A program made the position numbers and the translations under genes. A model generated the notes under the pieces. It was not told the origin of the DNA. It was given only the letters and a program-made list of their open reading frames with translations, and made no database searches. From Syntrophaceae bacterium UBA4767 (GTDB lineage: Bacteria > Desulfobacterota > Syntrophia > Syntrophales > UBA4767), in NCBI GenBank assembly GCA_002403385.1, contig DHHR01000035.1:15795-66483 (forward strand): a stretch of DNA of 50,689 bases, given 5' to 3'. Shown here piece by piece: positions 20,487 through 29,919 of the stretch; the first letter of the stretch is position 1, and every line of letters begins with the position of its first letter.

Positions 20487-21047
20487 TGTAAGAAGCACAT
20501 GAATTGTCCTGTTATGCAGCGCATAGTTCGACAGGCTCACTACTCGACAGGCTCACTACATTGCCGGCATGGCAGCGGCAAATCTTTACATCAAGAATGT
20601 CTATCTGCCGGCATACAATAAAGAGTTTAAACAAAAACCAATGGAAGAAGGTTCTGCTTTTATCTCTTGGGCGGGAGCGAATATCAAAGATACGCTTTGT
20701 AAACATTACGAACGAACGGTGAGCCCCGATAATTGCGTAAGCTTTGAAGGAAAGACGCTGCAGATTCCCCCGGACAAGTATCGTTGTCATTACGTCCGGG
20801 TAAAAGTTAAAGTTCATCGATACCTGGACGGTTCCTTGGCTATTTTCCATGGACCCGGAAAACTTGCCGATTATGATGAAAATGGACATCTGATAACAAA
20901 GAAAAAGGACAGGGCAGCGTAAGTCCGCCGCTTGCCAATATCAAGGAAATGCTCTTATGATTACATCATCAAGCCTTTTCCTTAAGCGTATTTAAAAGCG
21001 GACATATCATGTGCTACAAAATAGGACTTTTCCATTTGCTGCTAACA
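20487..21047 (+). mobile_element. Internally deleted IS (IS481/IS1202-ISNCY-like) with transposase C-terminal remnant 20569-20922
   Basis: TGT...ACA ends with imperfect IRs (TGTAAGAAGCACATG vs TGTTAGCAGCAAATG); remnant ANLYI..YLPAYNKEF, ERTVSPDNCVSF, LDG. Confidence 0.75.
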
Positions 21048-21140
21048 CAGATGGTGGCCACAATTCCCTCGCCGATCCCCGCAAAATCCGTATGTTTCAA
21101 TTGCCGTGAATGAGTAAACTGTCCCGCAATCAGCTTTTTG

Positions 21141-21728
21141 TTAAGGTGACCCCAACTCAATTTCTAACTGCTCAAGAAAGGCATTCAAGAAATCTATCCT
21201 AGGCTGAATAATTTTCTTGCTCTCCTTAAAATAAAGCTTGTCTTCCACTTCTTTAAGAATATTTTTAAGGAGTTTAGGAAAGTTAAATATATTTCCGTCA
21301 AAAGAATTATCATTCAGCCCCCGGATTGCGGCCCGGGTGATTCCTACGGCCCCGACGTAATCAATAGCATCAATATCCCACATTATCCTGGCTTCCAAAG
21401 TTTTGGGGGTTGGCCCTCCATACCGGCTGTGAGCTTCAATAACATGAAGAACCTCTTGAATCTTAGAGGCGGGAAAGTTGATTTTCCTTAAAATTTTTTC
21501 TGCTGGTTCGATACCTGTTTGATAATGTCTTTTCCGGTCTTTTGTGACCCCAATGTCGTGAAGCATCACGCCAGGAATCAGGATTTCCATATCTGCCTCC
21601 AGCTCCTGACCAAGTTTTTTGGCCCAAAAAAGGGTGCGCGCAATGTGGTCTAAGCCGGCCACCTTTTCTGCCGATAGTTCTCTCTTAAGGTAAGGCCAGA
21701 TTTTCTCTTCATATCTACTCACCGGCAT
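21141..21728 (-). CDS. HD-domain metal-dependent phosphohydrolase (start uncertain)
   Basis: H...LHDIG...H...IEAH...D motif spacing; GAVGITR. Confidence 0.85.
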   Translation of the reverse strand: MPVSRYEEKIWPYLKRELSAEKVAGLDHIARTLFWAKKLGQELEADMEILIPGVMLHDIGVTKDRKRHYQTGIEPAEKILRKINFPASKIQEVLHVIEAHSRYGGPTPKTLEARIMWDIDAIDYVGAVGITRAAIRGLNDNSFDGNIFNFPKLLKNILKEVEDKLYFKESKKIIQPRIDFLNAFLEQLEIELGSP

Positions 21729-21954
21729 TTTTTTCTCAATTCTCATTTTTGACAAAATCGGTACGGCCCGCTCTTGTAACTTTTCCCTGTATTGCCAACA
21801 TGAAATGATTTCTATCGTCGTCATTTTTGAAAATTGCAATGGAACAAACAGCACGCTGCGTAATATGATGAGAATGCTCTACAGCGACTATTCCATGCTC
21901 TTCTGAGCATGGGTAATGCTTAGATCATTTTCACGCTCCGATCAAGTTAATTAG

Positions 21955-22362
21955 TCCGTCCTGCAAAAAAGAAAATATCTGAAAGTCATCATCACATCCG
22001 CAACTATCGACACACATAAGTTTTCTCAAGCATTCGGCCATGCGCCAATCATTGAAGTGTCAGGCCGCATGTATCCCGTGGATGTGCGTTACATGCCCAT
22101 TGATCCCGAACAGGATGAAAACGGAGAGGTTACTTACATTGATGCCGCCGTCAAGGCTGCAGAAACTCTTGTCAGGGAATACCCCCGAGGAGATATCCTC
22201 ATTTTTATGCCCACGGAACGGGATATAAGGGAAACCTGCGGGCTTCTCGAAGCTACACTAAAAAACCGCGGCATTACGATTCTCCCTCTATTTGTCAGGC
22301 TTTCATGGACAGAGCAGTGTCGAATTTTCCGACCTGCAGCCGCCCCAAAAATTATCGTTGCG
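21955..22362 (+). pseudogene. hrpA: Internal fragment of DEAH-box helicase HrpA
   Basis: LKVIITSATID...IIEVSGRMYPVDVRY...GDILIFMPTERDI...KIIVA; no start, both ends missing. Confidence 0.85.
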
Positions 22363-22368
22363 CATAGG

Positions 22369-24566
22369 TCAATCCTCCAATTGGGAAAGCAATGCACGCA
22401 TGTCCCGATATGATCTTATGCTGAAACGAGCCCTCGATGCCCTTATCCCAACCTTAATAGAAAAGGAAGAATCTGGAAGCGCAGCAAAAAGATCTTCATC
22501 TGTCCAGTCATCACCTGCTGCAAGAATAAAATCAGCATTTTTATGCAACAGATACTGAGAGAAAAATATTCCCTTACTGACACCGCTGTTTCTCACTTCC
22601 ACTGTCTTGTTCCCTGGCAACACACGGATATTTAAGTTTGCGGTAAGGTTTGTCAGGACATCGAGAAGTTCCTTCGCGGCAATCGAAGATGATTTTAGAT
22701 CAGCCATACGATAGTGCCATACGAGCGAGTAATCCTTCTCTTCAACAAATGAACATGGTATCCTATCAAAAAAGAGGTTGAAAATAGGCCTTACTTCTTT
22801 TTTCCAGCCCTCTTCAATTGGATTGGTGACAGAAGTCCATGCAGAAGCTGGGTTGGTCCGCACCCATCCGCCGTGTTCTGCAACCAATGCAACATTAAGA
22901 TATCCAAACCACTTTTCGAGTGTGTGTCGATCACGGCCGCTCAGTATGACTACCTCATTGTGTGATGGAGATGAAATCTTTTGAAGAAGGTCTATCAAAT
23001 TATCATCAGGAGCGGCCCTTCCGGGTTCTCTGGAAAAAGGAACAAGCGTTCCATCATAATCCAGCAAAATGAGACGAAATTGGGATTCATTATACTTTCT
23101 CTTCATCTCTTGTTTAGATTCTTCATCAAAAAACTTAACTGACAAACTTTTTGACAAATAAATGACTTCATCAAGTCTCTCTAGAAACCGTTCAACCCAC
23201 CAGCAGATATCATATGTTTTAAGTCTTGCGCGCATAATCTTATTGGATTCTTCTTGTTGCGAGACTGGCATCTGGAGAGCTTTAATCAAGGCATCTACTA
23301 ACTCTGCTGTATCGTAAGGGTTGACGATAATGGCCTCCAATAGTTCACGTGCTGCACCGGCCATATCGCTGAGAATTAAAACACCGCCATCATTTTTGAC
23401 AGCAAGGTATTCCTTGGCAATCAGATTCATGCCATCCCGTAACGGAATGATAAATCCAACATCAGCGCTTGCATAAAGCGCTGCTAGCTCTTCAAATGAA
23501 AGTGAACGATAGATATATATGATTGGCATCCAATCGAGTGTGCCGTATTGGCTATTGATTTTTCCCACAAGCCTATCTATTTCAGTTTTTAAAAGCATGT
23601 AATGATCAACATGTCCTCGGGAAGGAACAACAATCAGCATAAAGGTGATTTTCTGATGCCATTCAGGATGCTTTTCGAGGAATTTAGCAATAGCATCAAT
23701 GGTATTGGGAATACCCTTTGTGTAATCCTGACGTGAAACTGAAAACACAAGTTTGCGCTCTCCCACCTTTTCTTTGATCTTGGCTATTTCATCCTGGACA
23801 ACGGAACTTTCCGTTGCTTCAGAATATTTTGAAAAATCAATCCCCATAGGGAAAACGTCAGCTTGAACAATTCGATCGCCCAATAATATCTGTCCAATCG
23901 TATTATCATACCCAAGTGTTCGTCGTACGCTAACAAGAAATGAATGCGCGTATTCGTATGTATGAAATCCTATAAGGTCTGCGCCCATTAATCCATCAAG
24001 GATTTCCCTGTGCTGTGGTAAAATTCTAAAAATATCAAAATGTGGAAATGGAATATGAAGGAAAAACCCGATCGGGATATTTGGGATTCGTTCCCGCAAA
24101 AGTTTTGGCAACAACATCAAGTGATAATCATGAACCCATATAATATCATTTGGCTTTATAAGCGGTATAACGGTTTTACAAAACATGTAGTTAACTTTTT
24201 GGTAAGCCTCCCAATCCTGCAACGCATATTTTACATATGCCGGAAATGAATGAAACAATGGCCAGATCGTTCTATTGGAAAAATTTTCGTAATATCTTTT
24301 GATAAGCTGCTCCGAGATAAACACCGGCTGACTTTGCAATTCTTCCCTGAGCCTTTTTTTCACCCCCTTTTTTTGACTCCGAGCAACAGTTCCTGGCCAT
24401 CCAATCCAGAACGTTGGATACCCTCGGGCAGAGAACTTAAGCCGGTGGCCAGGCCCCCGACACTTTGCGTAAAGACAACGCCTGTATCCTGTTGCGCTAT
24501 TTTTACTGGCAGCCGATTGGAAACAATCAGTATTCTGCCTTCTTTCTTTTGCTGATACATGCTCAT
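22369..24566 (-). pseudogene. Bifunctional trehalose-6-phosphate synthase/phosphatase, frameshifted near 24410
   Basis: IVSNRLP/GGLATGL in one frame, then [28 protein letters not shown] and HAD LDYDGTL in another. Confidence 0.85.
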
Positions 24567-25645
24567 GTGATACTCCTCAAACTATTTTCCGGCGTCTCTT
24601 GATGCAGGTAAACCGTATGAGTGGGATATGCAAAGGCGATATCAGCTTCTTTAAACCGTCTGAAAAGTTCAAGATTGATTGCCTGCTGCGTGTCCATGTA
24701 GATATTATAATCTGAACTGTTCAAGTAATATACGACCTCATAGATAAGGGCTGAATCGCCGTATTCCTTAAAGTGGGCACGATCAAACCTTGTAAGGGGT
24801 TGCGCTTCGATTATATCGTGGACAATTGAGGGGATTGTCATCAATTTTTGATGTGTTGTTTGGTAAGTCACACCGAATGAAAATGCTATCCGACGTTCGG
24901 TCATTCGTTTGTAGTTCCTGATACGGCTTTTTAGTAAATCGGAATTTGAAATGATGATCTGTTCCCCTGAGAGACTTCGGATGCGGGTTGTTTTCAGCCC
25001 AATATGTTCAACGCTTCCGAGATATTGATCGATAACAATAAAATCTCCTATAATAAAAGGCTTATCAATGATTATTGAAAGAGACGAAAAAAGGTCACTC
25101 AAGGTATTCTGAATAGCAAGCGCGACAGCTATGCCACCGACACCCAAGCCGGCAAGAAGAGCCGTGATGTTAACACCAAGGTTGTCCAGAGCGAGAAGAA
25201 GAATGACTGACCAGAGAATTATCCGGCTGATGAAGCCTAGGATATTAAGCATTGATACGCTGGCAGCGTCTTCTTCTAATTTTTCGCTTATGGTTCGGCT
25301 AAGCCAAAAAGAAATAATGACATTCCCTAAGATGGCGGATTGCAACAATAAAATAATCAGGAACGCAGACTGAACAATACGCATTGTAGGTGGTGGAATA
25401 GCAAGGGTAAATGAGCCTCCATACACAGACAACGACAGAAGAAACCAAAAGTGGACTTTTCTAAGGAGTTTAACAAGTAAATCATCAACCCCTGTTGTTG
25501 TCTTCTTTGCTAAAACAGAAATATGTTTAATAAAAAATCTCTTCAGAGTCGCCAAAACAACAAAAACTAAGCACGTAATGCCTAGGGCAAAAAGCCATGA
25601 CTGCAAGGTGTTATTTCCTATGTGGATGTTATCTATAGCAATCAT
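24563..25645 (-). CDS. mscS: Small-conductance mechanosensitive channel
   Basis: LAGLGVGGIAVALA, KPFIIGD, GSVEHIGLKTTRIR, IAFAYP. Confidence 0.9.
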   Translation of the reverse strand: MIAIDNIHIGNNTLQSWLFALGITCLVFVVLATLKRFFIKHISVLAKKTTTGVDDLLVKLLRKVHFWFLLSLSVYGGSFTLAIPPPTMRIVQSAFLIILLLQSAILGNVIISFWLSRTISEKLEEDAASVSMLNILGFISRIILWSVILLLALDNLGVNITALLAGLGVGGIAVALAIQNTLSDLFSSLSIIIDKPFIIGDFIVIDQYLGSVEHIGLKTTRIRSLSGEQIIISNSDLLKSRIRNYKRMTERRIAFSFGVTYQTTHQKLMTIPSIVHDIIEAQPLTRFDRAHFKEYGDSALIYEVVYYLNSSDYNIYMDTQQAINLELFRRFKEADIAFAYPTHTVYLHQETPENSLRSIT

Positions 25646-25729
25646 ATAAGTCTCTCATTTGTGTGTTTAGACCGTAAAAAGAATTTTTTTTAACAACAGG
25701 AGATTTTATTCCCTCGCATATATTTTTCT

Positions 25730-25951
25730 TTACCTTACAGCCGTCGCTTTGGCGCCAGCCGTCGCGGCGCCAATACTAACTTCTAAGGCAACCTTCTCAT
25801 TGGGAGACCATTCTGCGTAGACATTTTCATATCTGGAGAATTCCTCCATAATCTCGGTGCTCGGCGTTCCCGGATAACCAGCGGCGAAACGTACCCCATG
25901 CTCATAAGCGCCTCTTGCTATAGCTTCATTACCTGACATTAAAACTTCCAT
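25730..25951 (-). pseudogene. iorA: Truncated indolepyruvate:ferredoxin oxidoreductase alpha subunit
   Basis: [31 protein letters not shown]; ends after 73 aa while family members are far longer. Confidence 0.85.
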
Positions 25952-25995
25952 GCAATTTCCTTTAAATATTGGGGCTTATCAGAATCAGATTTATC

Positions 25996-26652
25996 CTAAA
26001 TCAAAGAGGATATCTTTCTTTGAATGAGCATCTTGGATGAAGAATCCTGAGCTTTGTTGAGGGCTTTTTGGTAGTACTCCAAAGCCTTGTCTCGTTTGTT
26101 CATACGTTCGTATATACGGGCTATATTTATGTCATTAATGCCTTCGATATAACTTTCTGCCTGTAAACCGGATATCTTTTCAAATGATTCAAGAGCTTTC
26201 TTTAAATCTCCAGCGGTTTCATAACAGTATCCCAAGCTCATGTAAGACAAAATGGACAAGCCGCTTTTCTTGGGTGATTTTTCAATACACTTCTCATAAT
26301 AAGAGATGGCTGATTTAATATCATTGAGTTCGTAATACAAATTTCCCAAGCGATAATGGGACATTACCGCGGCCTGACTTCTGGGATAACTCGAGATGAT
26401 ATTCTTGTAACCTTTGATGGCATCGCTGTCTTTCGCAGCGGTTTGAACGTTGGCGTAAAGTTGATAGGCGGATGTTTCATAGTTTGTAAAGTAAAAATAT
26501 AATCCAACGGATAAGGCAAAAACAAAAGCAATGCTTCCCACAATAGCACAAAGCATGATCTTATTTTTTGAAAAATAATCTATAACAGCCAGATATGCCG
26601 AATGAAAAAAATCAGGTTCAGTTATTTCTTTTTGGGATAGTTTTTTTGCCAT
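25996..26652 (-). CDS. Membrane-anchored tetratricopeptide repeat protein (YfgM-like)
   Basis: Single TM helix then TPR repeats (LG..Y...A...Y). Confidence 0.85.
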   Translation of the reverse strand: MAKKLSQKEITEPDFFHSAYLAVIDYFSKNKIMLCAIVGSIAFVFALSVGLYFYFTNYETSAYQLYANVQTAAKDSDAIKGYKNIISSYPRSQAAVMSHYRLGNLYYELNDIKSAISYYEKCIEKSPKKSGLSILSYMSLGYCYETAGDLKKALESFEKISGLQAESYIEGINDINIARIYERMNKRDKALEYYQKALNKAQDSSSKMLIQRKISSLI

Positions 26653-26664
26653 GATCCCCCCTTA

Positions 26665-27081
26665 CTAATCCTCCTTTTTAAAGTTTTCATGGAGGGCTTT
26701 AACGATTACTTCCGGGATTTTGACTATGTTTCCCTCGTTGTCCGTGCAGGCATGCACAGTGTATCCTTCAACGAGTTTTATTTTCATATTTTCATCCCAG
26801 ATGGTGGAATTAAACTTCATGCTGGCCCTTTTCAAATAGTCTATTTGTGTTTCCACCGTTACTATTTGATCGTACAGGGCAGGGTGTAAATAGTGACAAT
26901 ACAGCCTTATCAGAGGCAAGTGATAGCCATGGGAAGACATCTGCGCATATATAACGCCCATATCTCTAAAAAGTTCCGTCCGGCCGATTTCAAACCATTT
27001 GGGATAATTAGCATGGTATGTTACACCCATAGCATCCGTGTCCGCATAGGTGACCCTTACTTTAGTGAGATTTGTCTTCAA
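26665..27081 (-). CDS. Acyl-CoA thioesterase, YbgC/4HBT family
   Basis: VRVTYADTDAMGVTYHANY..WFE.GR. Confidence 0.9.
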   Translation of the reverse strand: MKTNLTKVRVTYADTDAMGVTYHANYPKWFEIGRTELFRDMGVIYAQMSSHGYHLPLIRLYCHYLHPALYDQIVTVETQIDYLKRASMKFNSTIWDENMKIKLVEGYTVHACTDNEGNIVKIPEVIVKALHENFKKED

Positions 27082-28294
27082 TGAATGTCCTCCAGTTCTT
27101 TATAAAGAGATCCATGAGAACATAGCCCGGTGATACCAGTATGCCGGTATCCCTTGCTGATTTTTCCCCAAAGTTTACCCCACTTCCAAGATTTTCACCT
27201 TCGACAGAGGAAAGAACGGCAAATGGACTGGGGTCGGCAGCGTGTGTCTTCAAAGCGATAGGTGTAGGATGATCACATAGCGCCATCAACCTGAAGGGCC
27301 CCATAGCATACGCTTCCCTCAAGATAACGCCGGCGATTTTCGCATCAAAATCTTCAATGGCTTGGATCTTACCGGCGATGTTTCCTTCATGGCCCATTTC
27401 ATCAGGCGCTTCGACATGCACAAAAATAAAATCGAGGTGATTTAAGGAATCCAAAGCTTTTTTCGCCTTGCCCAGATAATTTGTGTTTATATACCCTGTC
27501 GCGCCTTTAACAGATATGACTTCAAGACCAGTGCAAATGCCTATGCCGTTCAAAAGATCAACGGCTGAAATCATGCCACCCTTAAGTCCGTATTTTTGCG
27601 AGAACGTAAGCAATTGCAGCGCCCTACCCTGCCCCCATAACCAAATAGCATTGGCCGGTTTTTTAAGAGCCTCCAGCCTGCCCTTGTTTACAGGATGTTG
27701 AGATAAAACTTCCTTTGCTTGACGCATAAGTTTGAGCAAACATTGCGCGCCTTCTCCGGTCGGCAAATAACCGGTGATTACCCTATCGGTAATGTCATGT
27801 GGAGGTATCGTCCGTATGCCATCATAGGGGCAATTTCTCCAAACCAGAAGATGTCGGTAACTGACCCCCGCATAAAACTGAAATTCATTGGAACCTAATT
27901 GATTTTGAAGATCATTGATAATGAGTCTTGCCTCTTCAGAACTGATGTGACCGGCGGTAAAATCATGCATAATGGGTTCGCCGTTCTGTCTTAGTGTGAC
28001 AAGATTACAACGAAAGGCCACATCTTCGCTGTTGAGCTTCAGGCCCATATTAATGGCTTCCAGAGGGCCGCGGCCCGTATAGTATTTTCGAGGATCGTAA
28101 CCTAATACACTTAGATTGGCGACATCGCTGCCGGCTGTGAAACCATGAGGTATTGTATCTATTCTTCCCAGGGTTCCTTTATTTGCGATGAAATCCATAT
28201 TGGGTGTAGATGCGTATTCAAGAGGAGTTTTTCCATTCAGCGCTTCAAGTGGGTAATCCGCCATCCCATCGCCGAGTAAGATAATATATTTCAA
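27062..28294 (-). CDS. apgM: ApgM-like cofactor-independent phosphoglycerate mutase family protein
   Basis: GDGMAD, GKTPLE, GSDVAN, HVEAPDEMGH, DHPTP. Confidence 0.9.
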   Translation of the reverse strand: MKYIILLGDGMADYPLEALNGKTPLEYASTPNMDFIANKGTLGRIDTIPHGFTAGSDVANLSVLGYDPRKYYTGRGPLEAINMGLKLNSEDVAFRCNLVTLRQNGEPIMHDFTAGHISSEEARLIINDLQNQLGSNEFQFYAGVSYRHLLVWRNCPYDGIRTIPPHDITDRVITGYLPTGEGAQCLLKLMRQAKEVLSQHPVNKGRLEALKKPANAIWLWGQGRALQLLTFSQKYGLKGGMISAVDLLNGIGICTGLEVISVKGATGYINTNYLGKAKKALDSLNHLDFIFVHVEAPDEMGHEGNIAGKIQAIEDFDAKIAGVILREAYAMGPFRLMALCDHPTPIALKTHAADPSPFAVLSSVEGENLGSGVNFGEKSARDTGILVSPGYVLMDLFIKNWRTFIEDKSH

Positions 28295-29601
28295 AGATTT
28301 TCGTCCTCTATTCTTATGCTTACTGTTTTTTTAAGGACTATATCGAGTCCGTTGATATCCGCCAGAGCCCTCCTGACATCTTTTTCCTTTGCTTTATAAG
28401 TCGTCATCACCACAGGAACGGCGCCTGCTTCCTTTCGGCCCTTCTGGATGACAGCGGCAATGCTGATGTTGTTATCCCCCAAAATGCCGGAAATGCGTGA
28501 AAGCACACCAGGTTGATCAACTGCGGAAAATCTAAAATAGTAGTTTGTAATGATTTCGTCCATGGGCAGCAGATTGATTTTTTCAATCCCCTCTTCATGA
28601 AGAGAACGTGGCGGGACCCGCCCTGAGATACTTTTCATTATGTCCCTTGAAATATCGATCAAATCACTCACCACAGCGCTTGCAGTCGGCATCATCCCCG
28701 AGCCCTGTCCATATAAAAAAATAGAATCCGAAGCGTCTCCGACTATATGAAAAGCATTGAAATTCCCATTTACATTGGCAAGCAAGTGATTAAAAGGGAT
28801 CATCGTCGGATGGACCCTGGCCTCAACCGCATCCTTACGCTGTATGGCAATGGCCAGCAATTTGATGCGGTAGCCAAGCTCTCCGGCAAACTCGATATCC
28901 TGCTGAGCAAGGGCTGAAATGCCTTCTGTATGAATATCCCCAAGATTAACCTTCTTACCGTAGGCAAGAGCGAGTATTATGGCCAGTTTATGAGCGGTAT
29001 CAACCCCTTCGATATCAAAAGAAGGATCTGCCTCGGCAAAACCCATATTCTGAGCCTCCTTGAGCACTGCAAGGAAGGGTTTCTTATCATCGGTCATTTT
29101 GCTGAGAATATAGTTTGAGGTTCCATTTATAATACCGATGATGGATTTTATTCTGTTGGCAATCAGACTTTCCTTCAGTGTTTTTATGATGGGTATCGCT
29201 CCGCCAACGCTTGCTTCAAACCCAATATTAACCCCTTCCACATGCGCGGCATGAAATATCTCATCGCCATTTGTCGCAAGCAAGGCCTTGTTGGCGGTAA
29301 TGACATGCTTTTTATTTTGCATAGCCTTCAAAACATAGGAGCGCGCAGGCTCGAAACCGCCTATAAGTTCAACGATAATATCAATTTTCGGATCGGACAA
29401 AAGCTCTTCGACGTTTGTCGTGCAGAGACGTCGGTCAACGGAAACCACCCTTGGCGAAGAGAAATCCACATCGGCTATCTTTTTGAGAACAAGGTTTGCC
29501 CCTAGCCTTTTCCCTAGGATATCAGCGTTTTCATTCAGTAATTTAACTACTCCCGCGCCTACGGTGCCAAAACCAATAAGCCCTATAGATATATTTCTCA
29601 T
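28291..29601 (-). CDS. hom: Homoserine dehydrogenase with ACT domain
   Basis: GFGTVGAG, TANK, FEASVGGAIP, NGTSNYIL, EADP, DQPGVL. Confidence 0.96.
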   Translation of the reverse strand: MRNISIGLIGFGTVGAGVVKLLNENADILGKRLGANLVLKKIADVDFSSPRVVSVDRRLCTTNVEELLSDPKIDIIVELIGGFEPARSYVLKAMQNKKHVITANKALLATNGDEIFHAAHVEGVNIGFEASVGGAIPIIKTLKESLIANRIKSIIGIINGTSNYILSKMTDDKKPFLAVLKEAQNMGFAEADPSFDIEGVDTAHKLAIILALAYGKKVNLGDIHTEGISALAQQDIEFAGELGYRIKLLAIAIQRKDAVEARVHPTMIPFNHLLANVNGNFNAFHIVGDASDSIFLYGQGSGMMPTASAVVSDLIDISRDIMKSISGRVPPRSLHEEGIEKINLLPMDEIITNYYFRFSAVDQPGVLSRISGILGDNNISIAAVIQKGRKEAGAVPVVMTTYKAKEKDVRRALADINGLDIVLKKTVSIRIEDENL

Positions 29602-29734
29602 TCTTCTGCCGCTCCGCAAAATTTGCCTTATTTCAAAACCCAAAGGCTTTTAATTTTTACGTCTTTGCATTAAAGCAATGCTAAGGCTACTGCCCGCGTT
29701 TATACCAATTCGCATTTGTTTGTCAAATCAATAT

Positions 29735-29893
29735 TGACAAAATCGTAAAAAGTCAAAATTCGCGGGTTTTGTCATGGTGAGCCCTTCGGCCGGCTCAGGA
29801 CAGGCTCTGTCGAACCATGACGTAATATCAATTATTTATGTTCACCCTTCGACAAGCTCAGGGTGACAATTGGGACTTTTTACGAGCGCATCA
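29735..29893. mobile_element. MITE family B copy (159 bp), TSD ATAT
   Basis: TGACAAAATCGTAAAAAGTC ... GACTTTTTACGAGCGCATCA; closely matches the reverse complement of the 4348 copy. Confidence 0.88.
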
Positions 29894-29919
29894 ATATCCG
29901 GACATAGAAAAAGCTGTTG

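Noticed and set aside
21048-21140. Minus-strand peptide QLKHTDFAGIGEG resembling cytosine methyltransferase motif I
   Set aside because: Too short, imperfect, no start codon and no other motifs
24354-24374. T7/C5/T7 runs as a phase-variation site in the trehalose synthase gene
   Set aside because: The frame is continuous through these runs; the shift lies at about 24410
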